From a virus, in the IMG/VR virus record IMGVR_UViG_3300045988_176320, positions 1 to 40,114 of that record: a DNA stretch of 40,114 nt. One strand, given 5' to 3'. Position 1 is the stretch's first letter. Every line of letters starts with the position of its first letter. Shown piece after piece: positions 32,602 to 39,089 of the stretch. The notes below the pieces were generated by a model that did no database searches, was not told where the DNA came from, and saw only the letters and a program-made list of their open reading frames with translations. Made by a program: the position numbers and the translations under genes.

Positions 32602-33101
32602 TTCTTTTCTCCCAATAACTCCAATACGTATTGCCCCGCTTCTTCGGGAGCACAGAACAGGAATATTACGCCGTACCGGCTTTCCATTGTCCGCATAGCC
32701 TTGCCGAGCGGCTCGCCCTTGACCAGCGTTCTCGGCTCGCCCCGCTTTGCGCCGTAGCGGAACTTCGGAGCTTCCCAATGCCGCAAGTCTTCGGGACAGG
32801 CAATCGATTTGCCGCTGCACTCGTTTTGTTGGATTAGAACGTACAATTGCGTCCCCGTCTCCTGCGCCCGTCTCAGCTCCTCCCGAAACCGCGCATGCTC
32901 CGCTCCGCATATGTTTCCGGCTATCTCTACTACGTCCTGCTTTATGTCAATGCTTACGCGCCTGTCGGTCGGCAGCGTGTAGTCGCCGACGTACACCTTA
33001 TCCCGGATTATCTTCACGCCGCTTTGGCGCAAGTATTCCTCGATGTTCCTGTGCTTCCCGCGTTTCTCGCGCGTGTCCTGCACTACGTGCGTTATTTTCA
33101 T
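32598..33101 (-). CDS. ERCC4/Mus81-like nuclease-domain protein (candidate junction resolvase)
   Basis: QDTREK...VGDYTL...VSIDIKQD resembles the D-x-REK / GDY / ERK layout of ERCC4-type nucleases. The ERK motif is replaced by DIK. Confidence 0.5.
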   Translation of the reverse strand: MKITHVVQDTREKRGKHRNIEEYLRQSGVKIIRDKVYVGDYTLPTDRRVSIDIKQDVVEIAGNICGAEHARFREELRRAQETGTQLYVLIQQNECSGKSIACPEDLRHWEAPKFRYGAKRGEPRTLVKGEPLGKAMRTMESRYGVIFLFCAPEEAGQYVLELLGEKK

Positions 33102-33460
33102 GATTCAATCTTCTTTAATATCTTGGATAAGAATTCGTCGAAAAGCTCTTTAAGGTCCTTTTCTGGCTCTTTTTCGCTGGTTTTTGACGTTTCTTCTGCT
33201 TTCGCTTTTTCAAACATGTCGCTTACCGCATCCCTCGCCCTAGAAATTGCGATAGTGGGATTCCTTACTGACAGCTCGTACTCCAATAACTGCAAGTCCG
33301 TATATGTAGATAAAAGCGTTGTACGGTCGCAATCTATTAAAACTATGCGACTTGATTGCAGCATTTTTTTGTCGTTGATTGCGGCAAAAACACAGTTGGT
33401 CTCCACGTCAATCTCCACTTCGTCTGTGTCAAGGTTGACAATCTTGATTCTATATGCCAT
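33098..33460 (-). CDS. Hypothetical protein; start at ATG 33460
   Basis: AAGGAGAAGAGGAAA lies directly upstream of ATG 33460. The product begins MAYRIKIVNLDTDEV. Confidence 0.5.
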   Translation of the reverse strand: MAYRIKIVNLDTDEVEIDVETNCVFAAINDKKMLQSSRIVLIDCDRTTLLSTYTDLQLLEYELSVRNPTIAISRARDAVSDMFEKAKAEETSKTSEKEPEKDLKELFDEFLSKILKKIES

Positions 33461-34238
33461 TTTCCTCTTCTCCTTTTGTCTCGTCTTGCAACCCAAAATG
33501 TATTTTTGCAAGCTCTATTAAGAGCTTATATTCTTTGCCAAAGATATTTTCCCCATGCTCCTTTTCCACTATCGCAGCAAATTCTTCAAGCGTCCCCATA
33601 AAGCAACCGCAAGTCACGGTAATACCGTTATCCTTATTTCGGAACATTGTCGTAGTGGCATGTCTGGAACCAATACTCGAACACCAAAAAATATTAGCGT
33701 TGTCGCATACCTTAGCGTCGCCGCACACCTCAGCGTTGCCGTACACCTTAGCGTTGTCGCACACCCTAGCGTTGCCGTACACCCTAGCGTTGTTGCATAC
33801 CTTAGCGTCGCCGCACACCCATGCGTCGCCGCACACCCATGCGTTGTCGCGCACCCATGCGTTGTCGCACACCCTAGCGTCGCCGTACACCCATGCGTTG
33901 CCGTACACCTCAGCGTTGCCGTACACCTTAGCGTCGCCGCACACCCTAGCGTTGTCGCACACCCTAGCGTCGCTGCACACCTCAGCGTTGCCGTACACCC
34001 ATGCGTTGCCCATATTTGAAAGATTTTGCTTCGTTTCAACAAATCCCCCCAAATCTCCTATTTTCACATCGGCAAACGCCCTAAGAGCACGTATGCGGTA
34101 CACTTTTATCTTTTGCAACCAGCCTTCTCTCAAAGTTTCTATTTCTTTAAACTCTTCGGTCAATTCATACTTTTCGTTCACTGCTCGTCTCCTCCCGCTC
34201 TGTCGTATACTCTCACATACGCCTTTTTCTGAACGCAC
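33450..34238 (-). CDS. Hexapeptide-repeat (left-handed beta-helix type) protein with a cysteine ladder; possible GTG start at 34181
   Basis: 18 consecutive hexads of the form [GDNS][ND]A[KERW]V[CYR]. A GTGA overlap with the exonuclease stop suggests a coupled start at 34181. Confidence 0.7.
   Translation of the reverse strand: MRSEKGVCESIRQSGRRRAVNEKYELTEEFKEIETLREGWLQKIKVYRIRALRAFADVKIGDLGGFVETKQNLSNMGNAWVYGNAEVCSDARVCDNARVCGDAKVYGNAEVYGNAWVYGDARVCDNAWVRDNAWVCGDAWVCGDAKVCNNARVYGNARVCDNAKVYGNAEVCGDAKVCDNANIFWCSSIGSRHATTTMFRNKDNGITVTCGCFMGTLEEFAAIVEKEHGENIFGKEYKLLIELAKIHFGLQDETKGEEENGI
33702..34025. repeat. 18 x 18-bp tandem repeat (coding; encodes the hexapeptide repeats)
   Basis: The units were parsed by eye, for example cttagcgtcgccgcacac / ctcagcgttgccgtacac. 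All six frames are open across the array. Confidence 0.9.
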
Positions 34239-35131
34239 TTCGCGTACTTCTCGAAAAGCGCGGGCTGCTCCCGCCTCAGCTTCGTTCCGTCAACCTGCAA
34301 GCTCGTCGTCGCAGGAACATAGCTTATCTTGATTAAGCCGTTGGGCGAAGTCCACGAGTTTATGCCCTGCGCCTCGAAAGCGGCACACAACACCTCTCTC
34401 AACGCCCTCGCTTCCGCCATAGCCGCCTCTTCCTGCCGTTTCAACATAAGTAACTGTGTTTCGACTTTCTCCGCCCTAAGGGCTGTTTCTGCGTCTATAA
34501 CGAGCAGCGGGCGCATGTAGCGTTCACCCTTGAACTCCGCTTCCAACAGCTTCTCTATCTCGCCGTCGGGCAAGCGCTCGATTTCCACAACGCTCATTTC
34601 CTGCGTCTTTTTGTCATAGTGCCAACAATAGAATTTTGCCGCCCCTTTCCAATTGAGCGGACGGTCGTTCACAGTCTCTTTCCCTAACTTTCGCGCCATG
34701 TAGTCCAACAGCGATACCTGCCACGACACGCTTTCCTTATTAAGCGACGTTGTCGTCTTGTGGTCGCCCATTATGGGCGTTCCGTCTTTCAGGTAGCCGA
34801 GCAGGTCGCACGTCCCCGCAATCACAAGGTCTTTCGCGTACTCATACGCAAGCATTTGCTCCGCTACCGCACAATCGAGGTTGGCTATCGCCCATTCGGC
34901 AAATTCTTCTCCCGCCGGCGTTATAGGCTCGTAAGCGGGGTTGTTTACAAAGTTCTCGATGTCTTTATGGATTGTTTTCCCGTATTCCGCCGCGTCGGTC
35001 AGCGTCGCCTTGTCTACGCTGTCATAATTGGGCGACAGTCCGTGCTTAGCCAGCAGCTCCGTCACGGAGATATGGGCGATGTCGCCGTTCACCGCATATG
35101 TATGGGTTTGCTTGTCGAAGGTGATTATCAT
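34178..35131 (-). CDS. PD-(D/E)XK (RecB/Cas4-like) exonuclease, partner of the annealase
   Basis: 317 aa. The active-site-like layout is GTCDLLGY...GDHKTT. It lies adjacent to the Rad52/Sak-like gene. Confidence 0.7.
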   Translation of the reverse strand: MIITFDKQTHTYAVNGDIAHISVTELLAKHGLSPNYDSVDKATLTDAAEYGKTIHKDIENFVNNPAYEPITPAGEEFAEWAIANLDCAVAEQMLAYEYAKDLVIAGTCDLLGYLKDGTPIMGDHKTTTSLNKESVSWQVSLLDYMARKLGKETVNDRPLNWKGAAKFYCWHYDKKTQEMSVVEIERLPDGEIEKLLEAEFKGERYMRPLLVIDAETALRAEKVETQLLMLKRQEEAAMAEARALREVLCAAFEAQGINSWTSPNGLIKISYVPATTSLQVDGTKLRREQPALFEKYAKCVQKKAYVRVYDRAGGDEQ

Positions 35132-35313
35132 GACTTCCCGCCCCCTTCTTCTATTACTCTGTTCCTAAGCGATTCCGTCATTTCAAAGGCTGTTCCGAGC
35201 CTTATTTCGCCGCTCGCATACCGCGCTTCTATCTCTTTAAGCTCCTGCAATTCCGCGTCCGTCGCGCCTAATCTCTTTAAATCCCAATACGTCAAGGTTT
35301 CAGTCTCGCCCAT
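35128..35313 (-). CDS. Hypothetical small protein
   Basis: 61-aa ORF, translationally coupled on both sides. Confidence 0.45.
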   Translation of the reverse strand: MGETETLTYWDLKRLGATDAELQELKEIEARYASGEIRLGTAFEMTESLRNRVIEEGGGKS

Positions 35314-35990
35314 TATGCCGTCGCCGCCTCCTCTTTCTTTTGCGCGTTCTTGACGAGCGCGGCTTCTTTTGATTTAATCACGAACTCCGCTTGCTTTGCA
35401 GTAAGGGCTTCGAGTTCGTTGACTCCGAACTGTACTTTAATGCCCGACAGCTTCACGCCAAGCTCGTTCATGCGCGCCACCTGCTCGGGAGTGCAAAGCT
35501 CTTCAATCTCGGCGGGCAAGTCCTCGCCTGCATATATATACAATCCAAGCCCGAACATCGCGATGTTCTTAACAAGGCAGCGCATTATGGTCTTGTTGAT
35601 GTCAAACGCCGTTGCCGCCTCTACCGTCTTTTCATAGGCGGCGTTCCCTTTTCCGACGACGTATGTGTACGGGTGTCTTTTCATCGCCTTGTTCGCGCCG
35701 TCCATCACCGGCAGCCACATTTCATACGTCTGTCCCAACGCCGTAATGCTCGTCCAACATATATAGCCCAAATCGTCGCCGCAGTCCATATAAGGGCGCA
35801 GCTGCCCGTTCTCGTCGGGGAATTTCTTAATTTCATAAGCCGCGTCGGGACATATACGCTTAAACTCCTGCCATGCCCACGCCCACGATAGGTAGGTCAG
35901 CCCGTTCTTGGTCTCCGTGCGGCTGTTCACGTTCATCTGAACAAGCTCGTTAAACAGCTCTTCCGATGTTTGGGGGATTGTTTTGCTCAT
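35313..35990 (-). CDS. Rad52/Sak-like single-strand annealing protein (DUF1071 type)
   Basis: GLTYLSWAWAWQEF is the hallmark of Sak/Rad52-like phage annealases. Confidence 0.7.
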   Translation of the reverse strand: MSKTIPQTSEELFNELVQMNVNSRTETKNGLTYLSWAWAWQEFKRICPDAAYEIKKFPDENGQLRPYMDCGDDLGYICWTSITALGQTYEMWLPVMDGANKAMKRHPYTYVVGKGNAAYEKTVEAATAFDINKTIMRCLVKNIAMFGLGLYIYAGEDLPAEIEELCTPEQVARMNELGVKLSGIKVQFGVNELEALTAKQAEFVIKSKEAALVKNAQKKEEAATA

Positions 35991-36035
35991 CTTTTATCTC
36001 CTTTGACGCCTCGCGCCTCTTGATTTTCTGTTTTA

Positions 36036-36308
36036 CTACACTTCCGCAAGCGTATACACCGCAAAGCTCGTAGGCTTGTTATAGCGGTTTTTCGCCGTCC
36101 TCATCGTCGTTTTTATGGCATAGCCCTTTCTCTTCAACTCCGACACCCGCGACGCAAGACGCATTATTCCCAAGTCCTTTAACGCGTCAAGCTGCGTTAT
36201 TTCTCCAAAATCTTTTAAGTAGTCCAATATCATGTCGCATTGGGTAGGATTACTGTTGTTCTGCATTTTTCCTGTGCCTCTCGATTTTTTCTTCAAGCAG
36301 CTGCGCAA
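36036..36308 (-). CDS. Winged-helix DNA-binding protein (alternative start ATG 36266)
   Basis: ILDYLKDFGEITQLDALKDLGIMRLASRVSELKRKGYAI is a typical small phage wHTH. Confidence 0.55.
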   Translation of the reverse strand: MRSCLKKKSRGTGKMQNNSNPTQCDMILDYLKDFGEITQLDALKDLGIMRLASRVSELKRKGYAIKTTMRTAKNRYNKPTSFAVYTLAEV

Positions 36309-36639
36309 GCAGCTTGTTCGCCTCTTCCGCGCGTCCGTTCTTGTACAGCGTCATCTCGTTACGCTCGCACAGAAGCTCGATTACCACGCTTACGGAGGCT
36401 TCCACCATGCCCTTACACCGACTTGCAATCCCCGTCTCGTTGTCCGTCGGGTACTTCTTGCGCAAGTCCTCGTAAAACTCCGTCATCAGCTTTGGCAGAT
36501 ACGTCCGCGCCGTTTCGTCGAACATTGTGGCGACCGCCTCGTTTAGCTTTATTCGCGCTTGGTCTCTCGCCCTCTTCTCCTCTTTCAACTCCGCTATTAT
36601 CTGCTCTCTGAGGGCTGCATATTCTTCTTTACTTATCAT
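36250..36639 (-). CDS. Hypothetical protein; start at ATG 36639
   Basis: AAAGGAGGA lies 5 nt upstream of ATG 36639. It is the first gene behind promoter 36677-36705. Confidence 0.55.
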   Translation of the reverse strand: MISKEEYAALREQIIAELKEEKRARDQARIKLNEAVATMFDETARTYLPKLMTEFYEDLRKKYPTDNETGIASRCKGMVEASVSVVIELLCERNEMTLYKNGRAEEANKLLAQLLEEKIERHRKNAEQQ

Positions 36640-36676
36640 GGGGTTTCCTCCTTTATTTGAAACACATTGTGTCATT

Positions 36677-36705
36677 ATTCTATGTCACACTTCGTTTCAA
36701 GTCAA
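36677..36705 (-). promoter_or_regulatory. Sigma70-like promoter, TTGACT-N17-TAGAAT, for the recombination/replication operon
   Basis: Minus-strand reading: TTGACT (36700-36705) and TAGAAT (36677-36682). The dyad AAGTGT-N6-ACACTT (36704-36721) overlaps the -35. Confidence 0.6.
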
Positions 36706-36738
36706 GTGTTTTGACACACTTTGTGTTATTTATTTTGT

Positions 36739-36948
36739 ATGGATACTTTTTCAAATCGCATTTTGCATTTACGCAAATCATCAAGCCTCACTCAACAACA
36801 AGTAGCAGACAAGCTCGGAATAACACGTGCCGCCTATTGCAACTACGAAATAGGAATACGTGAGCCTTCTATGGAAATTTTAAAAAGAATTTGCATGCTC
36901 TTTGAAGTTACTTCCGATTACCTTATCGGTCTTACCGACAACTATTAG
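36739..36948 (+). CDS. XRE-family HTH regulator (ATG 36739; the ORF track starts at TTG 36721)
   Basis: LRKSSSLTQQQVADKLGITRAAYCNYEIG. It is divergent from promoter 36677-36705. Confidence 0.65.
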   Translation: MDTFSNRILHLRKSSSLTQQQVADKLGITRAAYCNYEIGIREPSMEILKRICMLFEVTSDYLIGLTDNY

Positions 36949-37141
36949 CAGTCAATATCGCCGCGTCTACAAGCTCATCAATTACTACGTCGTATAATTC
37001 GGAGAGAGGTTTTACCTGCTCAATGCCTAAACGGCGAAAACCTCTCTCATACTGCCCAACAGCTTGTACCGTTACATTCAATTTGCTTGCTACTTCGGCT
37101 CGGCTCTTTCCTGCCGATACTCTCAATTCTTTTAGTGTCAT
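36932..37141 (-). CDS. XRE/Cro-like HTH regulator
   Basis: LRVSAGKSRAEVASKLNVTVQAVGQYERG. Its 3' end overlaps the convergent plus-strand HTH gene by 17 nt. Confidence 0.65.
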   Translation of the reverse strand: MTLKELRVSAGKSRAEVASKLNVTVQAVGQYERGFRRLGIEQVKPLSELYDVVIDELVDAAILTANSCR

Positions 37142-37274
37142 AATCTAACTTCCTTCGAGGTAAAAAATGAAATTGCAAATGCCCCAAAAATGCCCTTATT
37201 GCGGGAAAGATTTTTCTTTTTCAAGAACTTCCCACTTTGCAAAAAATTGAAACGCCTCCCAACATAGACTTTAA

Positions 37275-37502
37275 TTAACACTCCGCCACGTAGTGCCAAC
37301 AGCCCTCGTTTGTATTGCACTTGGAGGGCGGGTAGTCTTTCATGTTTATCTCCCACCTCGACGCTAAGCCCGTATACGGTAGTTTGGCGTCTACTTCCTC
37401 TTTACGCCGCTGCATCTCATCGGGCGAAAGATTGCAACATATCCGCATTTGGCACAGCCATTCTTCCATTAGCTCTATCTTGATTTCTTTTTCTTCGTTC
37501 AC
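37275..37502 (-). CDS. Hypothetical small Cys-rich protein
   Basis: 75-aa ORF between two HTH genes. Confidence 0.5.
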   Translation of the reverse strand: MNEEKEIKIELMEEWLCQMRICCNLSPDEMQRRKEEVDAKLPYTGLASRWEINMKDYPPSKCNTNEGCWHYVAEC

Positions 37503-37505
37503 GGC

Positions 37506-37715
37506 TTACTCCTCGTCGGCGATTTTGCAAATCTTCAATTCATACCCTAGCGCGTTCAGAACCCGCTCTGCCTTGTCTACCGTCGGCATGTGCCCGTAAT
37601 AAAGCCAATTCTCAATCGTCCTCACTTTTATTCCGGACGCTTTTGAAAGTTTGACGTGCGTCATTTTTGCGTTCCTGATACGCTCGATTATTAAATCCTG
37701 TATTTTCATTTCCAT
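37506..37715 (-). CDS. HTH regulator (Cro-like by position); start moved to ATG 37715
   Basis: MTHVKLSKASGIKVRTIENWLYYGHMP. The longer ORF-track version (to 37787) would run through the plus-strand promoter. Confidence 0.55.
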   Translation of the reverse strand: MEMKIQDLIIERIRNAKMTHVKLSKASGIKVRTIENWLYYGHMPTVDKAERVLNALGYELKICKIADEE

Positions 37716-37721
37716 ATTTAA

Positions 37722-37751
37722 TTGACCTGCCACTTTTTGTGGTGCTATAAT
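37722..37751 (+). promoter_or_regulatory. Strong sigma70 promoter, TTGACC-N18-(TGc)TATAAT, firing rightwards
   Basis: TTGACC at 37722-37727, an extended -10 TGCTATAAT at 37743-37751, and a CCAC-N5-GTGG dyad in the spacer. Confidence 0.65.
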
Positions 37752-37757
37752 GGTTAT

Positions 37758-38172
37758 TGCCCCATGCCCAACAGACGGAATAATCACCTGCTGGGCAAAA
37801 TGCTTGGGGCAAAGGAGCTGATTGCATGCGAAGCAATTTTTTCTTTGCCCGTTCCGAAACGTCTCATCGGGCGCGTTGTAGCTAATGGGCTAACAAGCAA
37901 AAGCGGAACCCTGAACCGCTTATAAGTACAACGCTACTTCAAGAAAAAGTGTTCTTTGAGCAACACTTCCCACAAAATGGAAGCCCTGACACAAACCGCG
38001 AAAGGTGGAGACACCTTTCCAAGGGGCACCCCATGTTGGGCGCAGAGTAGACTGCGGCGTTTTGTTTTGGGCACCTGATTGACACCCACGCCCGACAATA
38101 GAACCAAAAATTATTGATTGCCCCTTTGGCTCGTAATGAGCCGCATTCAAACACATCAAGGAGGATAGTGTA
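37758..38172 (+). ncRNA. Candidate structured non-coding RNA / long leader (family unknown; strand uncertain)
   Basis: No credible ORF is present. A 17-bp compound hairpin spans 37757-37812. A 7-bp stem with a GAGA tetraloop spans 38001-38018. A 7-bp hairpin spans 37947-37968 and a 6-bp hairpin spans 37901-37921. A 12-bp long-range helix joins 38091-38102 to 38192-38203. Confidence 0.35.
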
Positions 38173-38280
38173 ATGACGAGTTTAAAAACGCTCTATTGTC
38201 GGGGGTGTGCGGCAATCCTCTACCCGCACTTGACTTTTACAAGCAATCCATTGCATAATAGAAAATGTATTGCCTTTTAG
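38173..38280 (+). CDS. Possible 35-aa micro-ORF (MTSLKTLYCRGCAAILYPHLTFTSNPLHNRKCIAF)
   Basis: AAGGAGG lies 8 nt upstream of ATG 38173. The 3' end overlaps a hairpin plus T-run at 38243-38280. Confidence 0.25.
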   Translation: MTSLKTLYCRGCAAILYPHLTFTSNPLHNRKCIAF

Positions 38281-38289
38281 TTATTGTGG

Positions 38290-38338
38290 ACAGTCAATAG
38301 ACTGTATTTGCCTACATGATACACAGTCTTTTGACTGT
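38290..38338. promoter_or_regulatory. Two operator-like dyads, ACAGTC-N4-GACTGT
   Basis: Perfect dyads at 38290-38305 and 38323-38338, 33 bp centre to centre. The second fills the spacer of the minus-strand promoter. Confidence 0.6.
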
Positions 38339-38344
38339 TGTCAA
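38316..38344 (-). promoter_or_regulatory. Sigma70 promoter, TTGACA-N17-TATCAT, firing leftwards (face-to-face with 37722-37751)
   Basis: Minus-strand reading: TTGACA (38339-38344) and TATCAT (38316-38321). Confidence 0.6.
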
Positions 38345-38364
38345 GCATTTTCAAGGAGATTTTT

Positions 38365-38562
38365 ATGACAAATAAAATTGCCGAATATCGAAAAAAACGG
38401 AACTTAACTCAACCGCAACTTGCCACCGTGTTAGGTTTTAAGACTTATCAATCAATCCAGCAATTAGAAAACGGCAGGCGTATTCCGTCCGTAGAGGTCG
38501 CTATTCGCATTGCACGGGCACTAAACACTACCGTCGAGGAAATCTTCGTCGTTGACGACTAA
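38365..38562 (+). CDS. XRE-family HTH regulator (candidate repressor of the leftward promoter); ATG 38365
   Basis: AAGGAG lies 6 nt upstream. The HTH is YRKKRNLTQPQLATVLGFKTYQSIQQLENG. Confidence 0.7.
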   Translation: MTNKIAEYRKKRNLTQPQLATVLGFKTYQSIQQLENGRRIPSVEVAIRIARALNTTVEEIFVVDD

Positions 38563-38744
38563 TCGCCGTACAAGCCTTCTACGGTCGTTTTAAGCGTATT
38601 TGCAATCTTTATTGCCAACAGCACATTGGGTAGTTTCTTGCCGTATTCATACTGCTGATAAACTTGCCATTTTATGCCTAGCATTTCCGCCACCTGCTTT
38701 TGCGTAAGCCCCAGTTCCTTACGCCGAGCTTTCAGTCTGTTCAT
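38559..38744 (-). CDS. XRE-family HTH regulator
   Basis: RRKELGLTQKQVAEMLGIKWQVYQQYEYG. It converges on the plus-strand HTH gene with a 4-nt overlap. Confidence 0.7.
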   Translation of the reverse strand: MNRLKARRKELGLTQKQVAEMLGIKWQVYQQYEYGKKLPNVLLAIKIANTLKTTVEGLYGD

Positions 38745-38748
38745 TTCT

Positions 38749-38931
38749 TTAATCCACTAAATCGCTTATCTTGCAGTTAAGCGCAGTCGCTATTTTAGTT
38801 AGCGTCTCGCGCGTCGGATTGCCTATGCCGTTTTCAAGCCGCGTCAAATATGCTCTTCCGACTTTTGCCCTTTTTGCTAATTCCTCTTGCGTTAGTTTTG
38901 CTTCTATTCTCAAATCTCTTAATTTGTTCAT
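38749..38931 (-). CDS. XRE-family HTH regulator
   Basis: LRIEAKLTQEELAKRAKVGRAYLTRLENG. Confidence 0.7.
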   Translation of the reverse strand: MNKLRDLRIEAKLTQEELAKRAKVGRAYLTRLENGIGNPTRETLTKIATALNCKISDLVD

Positions 38932-38941
38932 ATTACCGCCC

Positions 38942-39037
38942 GTGTCTTTTTAGGCACATCATATCTAAAAAAATATTTGTGTCTATTCTGACACATCAAA
39001 AACAAACTGTCAAGCGTTTTTGTGTCACTTGCGACAC
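38942..39037. promoter_or_regulatory. Divergent promoter / operator region with GTGTC-N6-GACAC dyads
   Basis: Perfect dyads lie at 38979-38994 and 39022-39037, and a one-mismatch dyad at 38942-38957. The minus-strand promoter is TTGACA (39008-39013)-N17-CAGAAT. The plus strand has an extended -10, TGATATAAT, at 39056-39064. Confidence 0.5.
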
Positions 39038-39089
39038 TTTTTCTGAAATTTTTTATGATATAATTTAATTAATAAATTACGGAGATTCT

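Noticed and set aside
32443-32910. The full 155-aa version of this ORF.
   Set aside because: Its first 100 codons overlap the ERCC4-like gene out of frame and are Gly/Arg/Ala junk. Only the last 52 codons, starting at an ATGA-coupled ATG at 32601, look like a gene.
33702-34025. A CRISPR array or non-coding minisatellite.
   Set aside because: The units are contiguous 18-mers with no spacers. They are in frame within a 262-aa ORF and encode a regular hexapeptide repeat. The overlapping ORFs 33454-34332 (+), 33555-34019 (+) and 33614-34042 (-) are artefacts of stop-free repeats.
37138-37356. A 72-aa minus-strand ORF, and a 27-aa plus-strand ORF at 37167-37250 with a CPYC motif.
   Set aside because: The 72-aa ORF overlaps the 37275-37502 gene out of frame and has no RBS. 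The 27-aa ORF has a weak GAGG and half of a zinc-finger-like pattern, but it is too short and unsupported to call.
37722-38159. ORFs 37722-37925 (+), 37920-38159 (-) and 37939-38154 (-) in the large intergenic region.
   Set aside because: None has an RBS. The first would start inside the -35 of the promoter. The sequences look random and Cys/Gly/Arg-rich. The region is better explained as transcribed non-coding sequence.
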